In this document: one piece after another, positions 35,301 to 46,314 of the stretch
Layout: the number at the start of each line of letters is the position of its first letter
How positions within the stretch are numbered: the first letter of the stretch is position 1
Source of the DNA: Anthoceros angustus
Taxonomy: Eukaryota > Plantae > Anthocerotophyta
DNA length: 64,000 bases
Assembly (NCBI GenBank): GCA_010909165.1
Contig: MU008189.1
Span: forward strand, 1 to 64,000
Direction: 5' to 3'
Made by a program: the position numbers and the translations under genes
The notes under the pieces: generated by a model
Database searches by the model: none
Told to the model about the DNA's origin: nothing
What the model saw: only the letters and a program-made list of their open reading frames with translations

Positions 35301-38300
35301 TGGCCTCCCTGATGTGCCTGTCTCTTGTGAAGCACATGCTGGTGATAAGGATGAGTGCCTTTCAGATTGGATGAAGAGAGCAACGAAACGACAGAAAACT
35401 ATGTCAGCATCTGCAACATCTGAAACGCAGGAGTCTACCGAGCGCGGTGGGGACATAGGGCAGGAGATCCAGTGCTCAGCAGCTGTGGACGAACTGCCCA
35501 GGAATGAGTTACTGGTAGATCACGGGTCTCTTGCAAAAAAGGTGGCATTGTTCTGTGAACAACAGCAGTTCTTCCCTCTCTTGAGGGGGTTTGAGCTGTT
35601 CTCGCCAAGCTCACCTCTCCTGCCTTTCATCAGATTTCTGCAGGCTTTCTCTCAGATGCGACTAACAGAAGCCTCTGCTCATCTGTCTTCATTCTCAATA
35701 CGTCTCAAAGAAGAGCTGCAGAAGTCCAGGCCGTCTTCCACCTGGATAACAGGAGCTGCAATATCTACTGCAGATGCAATGCTTGATGCATGCCCTTCCC
35801 CATATGACCGTCATCGCTTACTTCAGCTTTTATCAGCAGTAGACTTTGGAGATGGAGGTCCAGCTGCTATTCGGTTCAGACGTTTGTATTGGAAGATGCA
35901 ACTGGCAGAGCCAGCCCTGCAGGACAGGAATCAGTCATTGGCAGGTGGAACTAGTTTGGAAGACAATGAACTTCTCATGGCTTTAGCAAAGGAAGCGAGG
36001 TGGGAAGATGCTCGCAGCTGGGCCCGTCAGCTGGATCTCAAAGATGGTCAGTCCAGCATAGGAGCAGCTCTTCATCATGTAACTGACACTCAAGCTGAAG
36101 CCATGGTTACAGACTGGAAGGAGCTGCTGTGGGACTTTCCTGAGCAACGAGCTGCTTTATGGGGTCACTGTCATGCATTGTTTAGAAAATACTGCTTTCC
36201 TCCTCAACGGGCTGGCTTGTTCTTCCTTAAGCATGCGAATGATTTGGACTCACAGATTCCCTCATCTGAACTACATCAGCTTGTCCTCTTTGCTTATCAG
36301 TGGCTCAGTGATCCACAAGCTAATTTTCCACCTGACTTTTTAGGTGAGCTCGAGACACGAGTGTGGATGTTGGCAGTAGAGGCAGAATCTGAAAAGAGCG
36401 CAGGTGGTGTGAGGGAGATGAATGAAATGTTACCATCCAATGGCAGTCAGCACATTCCAGATCATTTTGAGAAGTCACAAGTTGTTATCTCCAATGCAAA
36501 TCTACAGGCTAGAAGACCACCATTTCCAAGCAGTGGAAATCCCCCAGAAATCAAGAGTGCACCTGAGGTGCATAGTAAAGGGAAGCAACGACGGATCCCT
36601 GGGCATAACATGGGTAGACGTGCGCATCTGGATGATAAGGCTCTAAATGTATCGGATGAAAGCAGGTCGTCAAAGGCCAAAGTAACAGAGCAGGACACTG
36701 GTGGCCAGTATCTACTTAGTGGCACACAGCTGGACGAAACATTTGGTGGCTGGAAGGCACAAGTTGATGCAACTAATGCCGAAAAGGCGATGTTAGACCT
36801 CCTGGAGGCGGGTCATTTGTCTGCTGCCAAGCAGCTGCAACAATCTCTGTCGATCAGTCAGAGTCCAATAGAACTTGGGCTTGTGGAGGCTGCTTGGAAT
36901 GTTGCCCTTGCGGACAAACCTGTGATTACAAATTTTCTGTCAACCAACGTAGTGGAGCATTTGTACTCAGGAGGACTCGTTGAGGATGTTGCTCTGTTGT
37001 CGAAGCGAGGTACTTTGGAAGCCTTGACTGCAGCATGTCGACAAGGATGTGGACAGGGGTTCTGCAGGAGGATTGGAGCAGTTTCCCAGATAGCTAACGT
37101 TCTAGGACTACCTTTCTCAGAAGCGTTTGAAATGGAGTCGTCACAACTGCTTCAACTGCTTGCTTTGAGAGGGCAAGATGCCCTTGCAGAGGCAGAACTC
37201 TTGGTTACAACGCACCCAATGGAAGCACCCAGCATTGCACAAATTCTGGCAGAATCTTTTCTGAAGGGTTTAGTTGCTGCTCATCGTGGTGGATATCTGA
37301 ACGGTTCTCAGAAGGAAGAGGGCCCAGCACCGCTGCTGTGGAGGAGGTCCGATTTCACGAAGTGGGCAAAGCTGTGTCCCTCTGAGCCGGAGGTTGGACA
37401 TGCACTTATGCGGTTGGTTTCATCAGAACAAGCAATCCCAATTGCTTGTGAAGTGGAGCTGCTGATACTGACTCATCACTTCTATGAAGCCTCAGATTGT
37501 TTAGATGGTATGGTTATTCTGGTGGCCTTGGCATCTGAACGTGTGAAAATCTATGTTGCAGAGGGAGCTTTCATCTGTTTGGCTCGGCTGCTGACAGGCA
37601 TTGCAGACTTCCGTAGATGGCGTTTTATTCTGGATCTGCTCATAGAACATGGGCAGCTGAACCTCCTCCTCCACACCTATAGTGAGGCTGGCCTTGAATC
37701 ATCACCGGGTACCCAGGGTTTCTGCCTGGCTCTACTCTCTGCCCTCAAACACTTCAATCCTCACGATATAGATGCACTTGAGCAGGTGTATAGCCATTTC
37801 TCTATGAAACATGATCTAGCAAATCTTAAGCAGGCAAGGGCTCGGAAAGGACTTGAGGTCTGGGTTGCTCAGAATGATTTAGAACGAAGTGAAGAACTTT
37901 TAGAGGTGATGAGGTTATTCGTAGAAGCTGGTCAGCTTTATGCAGCGGTGGAGGCAGGTAATCAAGCAAAGAAGTGCTGTGCGCAAGCGTCCCTTATATC
38001 CTTGCAGTTGCTTATGCCAGAGCACCTATGGCTTAACTTATCAGACACCAATGCACGCCGTCTAATGGTGGAACAGCCACGGTTTCAGGAGGCATTGATT
38101 GTTGCAGAAGCTTATGGGTTAAATCAACCAGCTGAATGGGTTCCGGTGATTTGGAACCACATGCTGCTCTATCCGGCCCGGTTCGATCATTTTCTGAGCG
38201 ACTTTGTAGCGACCCTCCCTCTAACAAAAGACACGCTCTTGGAGCTCACCAGATTCTACAGGGCTGAACTGGCTGCTCGGGGTGACCAGATTGACTTCTC

Positions 38301-38532
38301 TAAATGGCTTACGCCAGCAGGTGTTCAGCTGAAGACCTCTCTGGCAAAAGGTTTTAGGTTGCTCCTCAATCGGGTTCCTGACATCAGACTGAGAATACAG
38401 CTAGCTATAATGGCAACCGGCTTCCCGGATGTGGTTGATACATGTTCACGCTTGCTGGATAAAGTCCCAGAGAATGCCGGGCCTCTCCTTTTGAAAAGAG
38501 GCCATGGAGGAGCTTACTTGCCTATTATGTAG
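29333..38532 (+). CDS. SPG11: Spatacsin (SPG11, AP-5 accessory protein). Main exon 29511-38532; possible 56-nt first exon 29333-29388, otherwise ATG at 29518
   Basis: About 3000-aa ORF with the plant spatacsin C-terminus (EEGPAPLLWR...W..LC..EPEVGHALMR; ...GPLLLKRGHGGAYLPIM). The track's GTG start at 29389 is a GT donor (CAG|GTGAC), paired with TTAG|G at 29510. Confidence 0.92.
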
Positions 38533-39798
38533 GGTCCGTTTTTGTGAACGGACCTTGCCCAACAATAATCATCCGTACTACTGGCCCAGGAGGTACTACA
38601 CCACTACTCGACGTCTGTCTTATGTCATGCATCTTCACAGCTGCGAACAGAGGCTCCTTGTGAACGTAGGTACATATGTGTCTACAACAGTTCTGCAAGT
38701 TGCATCCTCCACCGTGCGGAGTTGCTTCTAACAGCAGCTTGATGTGCAGGAGTTGGTGCCATTCATTCAGCCAGTGCTGGAGAAAGGGTGGCTTATCTAC
38801 TAGCTCTGTGATATTTCGCTCGAGTGTTACGGTAGGTCAATCCTGGCAAAAGTTCTGCCGTTCCGTTAGGAGTGCACAATCAGATGGATCCTGCAATCCA
38901 CCAAGACTTTTAACGTTGGACCTTGCCTTTTTGTTTCAGGTGGTAGGTACACTGTGAAACAAGAAGGACTACGTACTTTAGTGTCGGTGTCAGCAGTCAC
39001 CCTTATCCCTCCTTTGTTGGGTTACAGTAGGTACTACTGGCCAATGAATGTATTTTGTAATTCTCTGAAGACCTTTCTATTAAAATGAGCCTGGTCGGTG
39101 GAAAAGCTTTAAAATAAGCATCGAAGTAGAGTATGGCACATTCGCCCCTCGGTCCGAAATTCCATCACAGGGCGAGTCTTCCACTCCTCTTCCGAGGCGC
39201 TCGCTTTGAGTGGCCGGCGAAGCCTCCGCATTCGGGGGAGGCTTGGCTGCACAACTGTTGAACATATTGTGCCAGCGGCCATGCTTCTCCCTTTGGCTTA
39301 CCTTCACTCCCAAACATGGAAGTCTTGTCTGGCTGTCAGAATGTGAGTCTTTGCCAATCGGCGTCCTTCCTTCAATTGGTTGAAAGCGACTTCTGTTCTG
39401 CAGCTTTCGTGTTGTCGCAAAGCAACACGCAACTCCTTCTCTTCTGATTTTAGTGGCCCAATCCCTTGCTTATCCAGTGGTTGGTGAGAATTTGTGGTGA
39501 TGCAGTTGTTGGCGTAGCTTCGGCATCTGACAGCTGGGACGAGAATACTTCGGGAATCTCTGTCTCCACAATCTGGACGTAGAATTGCCGCTTTCGGATT
39601 GCTGTCGCCGTGAGTCTGGAATTCATTCAGTGCTGAAAACTCTGGTGTGGTGTCCGGGATCTGATTAGAACGACAGGACAGCACAGGACTGCAAATGGTA
39701 ACAGGACATTACTGCATCAGCCATCAGCGCAATCTGGAGGATTTCATCTTCTGGCCAGATTCGTCGGCCGGTTTCTGGTAACCCAAGCAGAGACAACG

Positions 39799-41945
39799 AT
39801 GTGGATGGTGCAGGACAAGGCCGAAGCTATTTGCTTTATAATTGCATCCCTGTGGTGTCTTGGCTCATGGCCCGTGTTTTTCAATGTCCTGGAACGGAGG
39901 GGTCGATTGCCGCAGCACACTTATCTCGATTATGCAATCACGACGTATTTGGTGGCCATTGGGTTTGCCTTCACTCTTGGAGAATTTGGGCCGGACTCCC
40001 CTGAGTTTCCTCGTTTCACAATTCAGCTCTTTCAGGTCAGCCACTGTAATTGAGCACTCTGCTCAGCTCCTATCGATAACACTGTGGGTTGTCTGAATAG
40101 GGGAACACGTTGCACCTTGAGTAAGATGATGCTCTGACATCCCTTCACCTCTTATACAGGAGAATGGCCCTGCTGTTGCCTTCGCTCTCGCAGGTGGTCT
40201 AGCATTATGCACGGGGAACATTCTGATGCAGTATTCTCTTGCCTTTGCGGGCATTTCTCTAACAGAAGTTGTTTCAGCGAGTTTGTCTGTGGTTGGTGGT
40301 AAATGTCCCGTAACACACTCTGAGGGGGTTAGAACTGGAAAAATGTAGAATCTAACCTGTGTAGACTGGCGGTATAAATGCAACAAAGTTATGTCTCTGC
40401 TTTCCCAATTGTTGTACTGCTATAAACCGACAGAAAACAGGGCCCTGATGTCTTTCTGATATCTTTGCAGGGACTTGTGTGAACTATTTTTTGGACAAGG
40501 GCTTGAATCGAGCTGAGATTCTTTTCCCTGGGGTTGGCTGTTTCCTTGTGGCTGTTTGTTTGGGCTCTTTTTGTCATGCTTCCAATGCAGCTGACATTGA
40601 AGCAAAGTTAAGCAATGAAGGCAGCAGTAGTTTGGGATACAGGTAGATCGTGCCTTTCCATGTTGTGTGCAACTGTTTGTGTCGTGCACCCAGCAATTCA
40701 TCTGAATTTGTCTCCCCCTTCCGTTTGTTAGGCCCTTGGTTGACGAGAGGGCTGATTGTAAAGATCCAGGATCAGGGAAAGTTTTTCAAGAGAGCTGGGG
40801 TAAGTATTGCTTGTTCCAATGCAAAAGAGTGTACCGTATGGGTATCATCATAATATACTCATGGTGTACATTGATTAGCATTGGATGTTGCTTCACTAGC
40901 TTAGGATTCTTGATTAGCATTGGATGTTGATTCACTAGCTTAGTATTCTGTGCTTTGTGGTTTGTCGGGTGGAACAGGTGAACAGGGCAGTGCAGACACG
41001 GGCTCGGTGAAGCATCCCCTGGTTTCGAAAGGAAGTGCAAACCAACCGGATCCAGCTAAGCTAGTGGCTGGAAGTGCGGAGTTCCTCAAATATATTGAAG
41101 AGAGTAGAGCAATTAAGGTTGTTCTATATCCATGGTAGTCGTTTGGGTGTTTGGGTTAACCATGTTTGGTGTTTCAATCAAGACTGCTTTCACCCGAAGA
41201 GACAATTTGGGATTTGAGGCAAGGAGCCTGCTTGAATTGCAAAGCCCTTTGCTCTGATCTCTGGAGCGCCTTCTAACTGGCTGTAGTCACACTCGGCTCT
41301 CAAATTTTCCAGGTGAAAGGGTCCAAGTATCAATTTGGGCTTCTCCTTGCTTCCTTGACTGGCTTATGCTACGCCTGCTTCTCTCCGCTTTTCAACATTG
41401 CAACAAATGATCAGCTCCACCTACTGAAGCCAGGAGTTCCTCATTTGGTGGTGTATACTACATTTTTCTACTTCTCTTCGGCCTTCTTCGTATGTGCCGT
41501 GTGTGTGAACGTGTATTTTTTATACAATCCTATATTGGGATTGCCAAAATCGAGTTTGTCAGCTTACCTTCGGGACTCCAAGGGCAGGGGCTTGGCCGTC
41601 ATGGCAGGCTTAGTTTGTGGCTTTGGAAATGGCTTCCAGTTTATGGGAGGGCAGGCAGCTGGCTACGCAGCCGCAGATGCTGTGCAGGTGAGCCCATCTC
41701 ATTCCACAAAGTCATATCTTGTATCAGAGTCTGCTTGGTTTCAGGCTCACTGGCTCACTTGTACATGCTCGTGGCCTTGTGCCCCGTTGTAGGCCTTGCC
41801 CTTGGTGGGCACATTCTGGGGCGTTGTATTATTCGGAGAGTACCATGGCTCGTCTCGCAAAACCTATGCTCTCCTGACAGGAATGTTGTTCATGTTTACC
41901 ATTGCTGTCAGCCTCCTTATTGCCTCAGCCGGCAGCAGATGCTAG
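39799..41945 (+). CDS. UPS: Ureide permease, 7 exons (exon 1 39799-40035, exon 2 40160-40298, exon 3 40471-40642, further exons to TAG at 41945)
   Basis: LGSWPVFFNVLERRGRLPQHTYLDY; NYFLDKGLNRAEILFPGVGCFLVAVCLG; FQFMGGQAAGYAAADAVQ|ALPLVGTFWGVVLFGEY; GT-AG introns. Confidence 0.95.
40871..40948. repeat. About 39-bp tandem duplication in a UPS intron
   Basis: TTGATTAGCATTGGATGTTG(C/A)TTCACTAGCTTAG(G/T)ATTC occurs twice. Confidence 0.8.
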
Positions 41946-42849
41946 CGCTTGTACGTCAGTCCGGTGAGCATATTTCAAGACCCTGAGAAGGAGCTCCACC
42001 AGAAGCTTTTCTTTCCCATTACCCCATTTCTGGCCCTCTAGACCCATGAGGGTGCGCAGTCGTTGCCTGTGGGCATCCTGGATCAATCTGCTTGTTGATC
42101 TGATTTGCCGGGTAATAAGCTTTGGCTTTGTTTTTCGTACGGCTCCTGTGCATATGATAACTTTTCGCGGTTCGGGTGGAAGCAACTTGCCTGTATCTTG
42201 GCTCAGACTAAAAGTCCACAGTTAGTTGACGGGCCTACAACATTTGGGTATATAACCCCTTCTTCAACTGCCCGGCATATGGTTAACCTGCCTTCCTCAG
42301 TGCCATGCTTATATATTGAGATCTGCCATGCTTATATATGTATAGTGCGACTTCGGGTTGATGCCTGCTGTTCCCATAGAGAAAAGTAGGCTCAATCCAC
42401 CTCTTCCAGGGCTCCTTTCGTGCAGCTTTCATCTATCAGCTTTCACTGTCTTCATTCACCTACCAGCTGTCCAGCATCCCGGCAGCAATATACATGGGAG
42501 CATTACAGTACAAAGCTCCCTTGACTCGTCTTCTCTACATTTCACCGGTGTTATAGCAGGTGACAAACGATGAGATATTTTAATTTAGATAAAATATTAT
42601 CTACACATGTAACGTCACATATAATCCAAAGACATCTTCCCTGATTTAGCTCTAAGAATACATGGCTGTCTTCTTGGTGCAGATTGGACTTCCTTGGACA
42701 TAAGCCCTTTGTGCTCCTTGATATATATCATACTTGTTATAAGGCTCTCCGAGCCCTTGTCATGTACTCTCTAATTGTAAGGCCATTGGGACCCCTGATA
42801 TATGCCCTTCATCCTTGGACCTGTAGGTACCTCCGTTGTAGTAAAACTA

Positions 42850-43270
42850 TAACTTAAGTAGGATATACATACCTACGCAGGTTCTTCAAACACATGTTCC
42901 ACATCACTGTTACTCCCACACTTCCAAACATGCTACCCAAAGCATTCCCCAAAACTGATGGCGGCAGCTACGGCATCATGCAATTCCCTTCCCATCTGCA
43001 GAGATTCCGAGCTTCGTCCTACATGTCCATCAACAGGAATTCGAGATGCAATGCCTTATCTCCGTGGCCTTGGCGAACACTAGCTGCAAGCACTGCACTC
43101 CATGACAGTACATTGCGCTGGGGCTATCCATCAAAGTGTGGGAGCATTATGGATGCTCGAAGACTCGAAGGAGCGGAGATAGGTATAACAATCAGGTGGC
43201 ACACCTTCCTCGCTGCATCTGCTCATAGCACGCAAGAGCCTCGCAACATTGTCCATTATCACCATACCCG
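42850..43270 (-). pseudogene. Degenerate PLS-class PPR fragment
   Basis: The minus strand gives broken PPR motifs across frameshifts: GQCCEALACYEQMQ, LQMGRELHDAV, GNALGSMFG..., DVEHVFEE. Confidence 0.6.
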
Positions 43271-43853
43271 GAACTGATGCCTGCCCCAAGAGAAAACAGT
43301 TGAGTGGCGCACTCGTTTGATCACCTGGAGCCCCTCCGCAAAACCCCCACAGATGACAGAGTTGTGACCAACAGATCAGCCAGCAGGCCACGCTCATCAG
43401 CAGTTGTGCGTCCAGCATGGTTATCTCGGACTCCATCCAAGCAAGATTTGGTGTTCCAAATAGTTCTGCCACCGACCACCGCTGCTTCATGGCATGTGCA
43501 AGTTCATAGATGTAGTCTTCACCTTGGTGTAAGAAACCGAGGCTGCCCACTTTGGTTTTGTTCTGATAGGGACTGGTCTCAACTTCAAGACCTGTGAGCT
43601 TTGAGAGACCAGTGAGCTTTGAGAACCCACAACGGCACCATCAATCACAATGTCAAGTCGAAAGAGGAAGAGCCCAGCACAGCAACTTTGCGCCCAAAGC
43701 CAAGCCATGTTGTACCACGTCCTCACTGCCTTGTGTCGTGTAGTATGGACACTGTCCTTGATTGTAGCCCGATGGTGATTGCAGAAAGTCACGGACTGGA
43801 TAACAGATTTGTGTTTCGCGTGGGCGAGATCGATGGCCTTGTGGCTACTAGAG

Positions 43854-45902
43854 CTACAAAGAGATGGCTGGCAAGATAGCTTTAAGTCCTTTCAGAACGT
43901 CATAGATTTGCTTTCTTTCAGGATGGTCTTTATCTTCTACTACGAACTTATGCACTTCGGCGTCAACTTCCAACCAGCAGCAACCAGGTTCCTTCCTTAT
44001 CTCTAATCTTTGCATGCATCGCTGTACTTCCGCATGCTCTTCCCACCTGCCGACGGAAGCATAGATGTTTGACATAAGCACATGTGCGGCAGTGTTGAGA
44101 GGATCCAACTTCAGCAGGAACTCAAATGACTTCCTTCCAAGCTCCACATTTCCATAGGTTTGGCAGGCTCCAAGGAAGGACTTCCAAACGAGTACATCAG
44201 GTTCTACGGGCATACTTATTATGAAGTCTTCCGCTTCAGACAAATGTCCCGCTCGGCAAAGTAGGTCCACCATGCACGCATAATGCTCTATTTTGGGTGA
44301 GATGCCGAAGTCATGAGACATGGAGCACAGCAGACGGGTGCCCTCATCCGCGAGACCAGCATGGCTGCAGGCTGAAAGCAGACACACAAAAGTGACTTGA
44401 CAAGGCTGTACCCCCTCGGACTGCATCTGCTGAAACAAGTGCAGAGACTCTTGAGCACGCCCGTGCTGAGCATACCCTGCGATCACGGCATTCCTTGTGG
44501 CCAAGTCTCTCTTCGACAACCTGTCGAACACCATACGCCCATCTCTCAGGCTCCCGCAATTTGAGTACATGTCTATGACACAGCTGCTCACATACTGGTT
44601 AAACTCCAACCCATCTTCCACCAGCAGGCCATGGATGCGCATGCCCTGCCTTAATGCTGCTGCACTGGAGCAAGCCTTCAGAAGGCTAACGAGAGTGATC
44701 TGATTTGGAGAGATTCCTTCATGTTGCATCTGCTGAAAGAGTCGGAGGGCCTGCTGACCTTGCCCATGCTGAGCATAGCCTGCTAGCATAGCTGTCCAGG
44801 AGACCACATTTTTCAAAGACATGCAGTCAAAAACTGCACGAGCATCCTCAAGGCTCCCACATCTAGAGTAAGCGGAAACCAGGGAGCTGCCAACATAAAG
44901 GTCAGACACAAGACCACACTCCTTGATGTAAGTATGAATCAGCTTGCACTCGGTCATATCAAGTGCGCTTTGTAGAATGCTCAAGAAAGTAACTTTGTTT
45001 GGACGTATTCCTTCTTGCAGCATTCGCCGATAGAGCCTCACAACTTCCTGACTATCGGCAACATGAGCATACGCTGCTGTCATTGCAGTCCATGCAACGA
45101 TATCCTTCGAAGGTAACCTTTCAAACACTTCACGGGCACTCTCAATGCTTCCGCATTGAGAATACATACCAATCAAAGCAGTCCCTACAATCTCGTACCT
45201 CCCCGACTCACTGCCATTCATACGAGCATGAACCACCTTTCCTCGTTCTAACGCAGCCGTAATGGAACAGGCCTTCAGGACGCTAACCAACGTAAACTTG
45301 TCAGGTTCAAATCCAGCATGTTGCATTCTGTCGAAGAGGTCGAGGGCATCTAAACCAAAACCACGCTGTGTGTAGCCTCCCAACAGGGTATTCCAGGAAA
45401 GCAGGTCTGGGGCAGGCAATCTGTCAAACACCATCTGTGCATCGTCAAGGCTCCCGCACCTGGCATACATGCTCATGAGGCTGCTGCCCACCATCACATC
45501 CGAGTCCAGGCCTCGTTCCACCACATGAGCATGCATCATCTTCCCATGTATCAGGTCGGCCGTGGTGCAACATCCTTTCAGAAGACCCACAAAAGTTACT
45601 CTGTCGGGATGCACACCGACCTGTTGCATTCGTTGAAAGAGCTGAACTCCCTCCTGAACATGCTCCAGCCTGGAGCATCCAGCTATCATAGTGTTCCATG
45701 TCACCAAGTCCCTTGCTGGAAGGCTTTCAAACACTCTGCGAGCCCCCTCAATGTTGCCGGATTTTACGTATGTTTGAATGAGAGTGTTGGAAGCAAGTAT
45801 GCTAGAATCGCTCTTGATAACAGAGACCAAGCCCTTCCTGCCAGTAGTACTTCTTTGTCTAGGAGCTCTGCTGCCGGAGAACACCGTTCTAAAGACTTTC
45901 AT
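43854..45902 (-). CDS. PLS-class pentatricopeptide repeat protein, E/E+ subclass without DYW; likely organellar RNA-editing factor; intronless
   Basis: 682-aa ORF with alternating P-L-S motifs; E1/E2 (PDVLVWKSFLGAC; AAHVLMSNIYASVGRWE); PG box/E+ (KEPGCCWLEVDAEVHKFVVEDKDHP). R/S-rich, acid-free N-terminus suggests organellar targeting. Confidence 0.95.
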   Translation of the reverse strand: MKVFRTVFSGSRAPRQRSTTGRKGLVSVIKSDSSILASNTLIQTYVKSGNIEGARRVFESLPARDLVTWNTMIAGCSRLEHVQEGVQLFQRMQQVGVHPDRVTFVGLLKGCCTTADLIHGKMMHAHVVERGLDSDVMVGSSLMSMYARCGSLDDAQMVFDRLPAPDLLSWNTLLGGYTQRGFGLDALDLFDRMQHAGFEPDKFTLVSVLKACSITAALERGKVVHARMNGSESGRYEIVGTALIGMYSQCGSIESAREVFERLPSKDIVAWTAMTAAYAHVADSQEVVRLYRRMLQEGIRPNKVTFLSILQSALDMTECKLIHTYIKECGLVSDLYVGSSLVSAYSRCGSLEDARAVFDCMSLKNVVSWTAMLAGYAQHGQGQQALRLFQQMQHEGISPNQITLVSLLKACSSAAALRQGMRIHGLLVEDGLEFNQYVSSCVIDMYSNCGSLRDGRMVFDRLSKRDLATRNAVIAGYAQHGRAQESLHLFQQMQSEGVQPCQVTFVCLLSACSHAGLADEGTRLLCSMSHDFGISPKIEHYACMVDLLCRAGHLSEAEDFIISMPVEPDVLVWKSFLGACQTYGNVELGRKSFEFLLKLDPLNTAAHVLMSNIYASVGRWEEHAEVQRCMQRLEIRKEPGCCWLEVDAEVHKFVVEDKDHPERKQIYDVLKGLKAILPAISL

Positions 45903-46314
45903 ATGCTGATACCAGAAAAGTTCTGAACATCACCTCGTCCATCCAGCACATAGTGAAGAGTTCCCCTTTATTCAGGTCAGAACGTACCGGAAGTGGAAGT
46001 CGTGGAAGTTCCCCTCATACAGCTCAAATGTGTTTTTGGCAATCAAAAGTTTGCCATTGAACATTGTCTTCAGCTTGGGATGTGCGGCGGTGTGTGGAAA
46101 GCAAATCGTCCAAGCCAGTCTAGTTTGCGAAGCTGAAGGTGAGGAATAGTCCAGCTGGCGATGGTGTTCGACTCGTCTCAATTCGTCTCGTCCCGGCTCG
46201 AAATCGGATTATTAGGGCTTGGAGCTACCTCTGACGAGGAACGACACAAAATCGAACTGAAACCCGTTCTGATGAGTCTACGCCCTGGTGTGCAGTCATC
46301 GTAATTGTTGGAGG

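Noticed and set aside
39080-39684. Minus-strand ORFs between SPG11 and UPS
   Set aside because: No recognisable homology; probably UPS promoter/5' UTR sequence.
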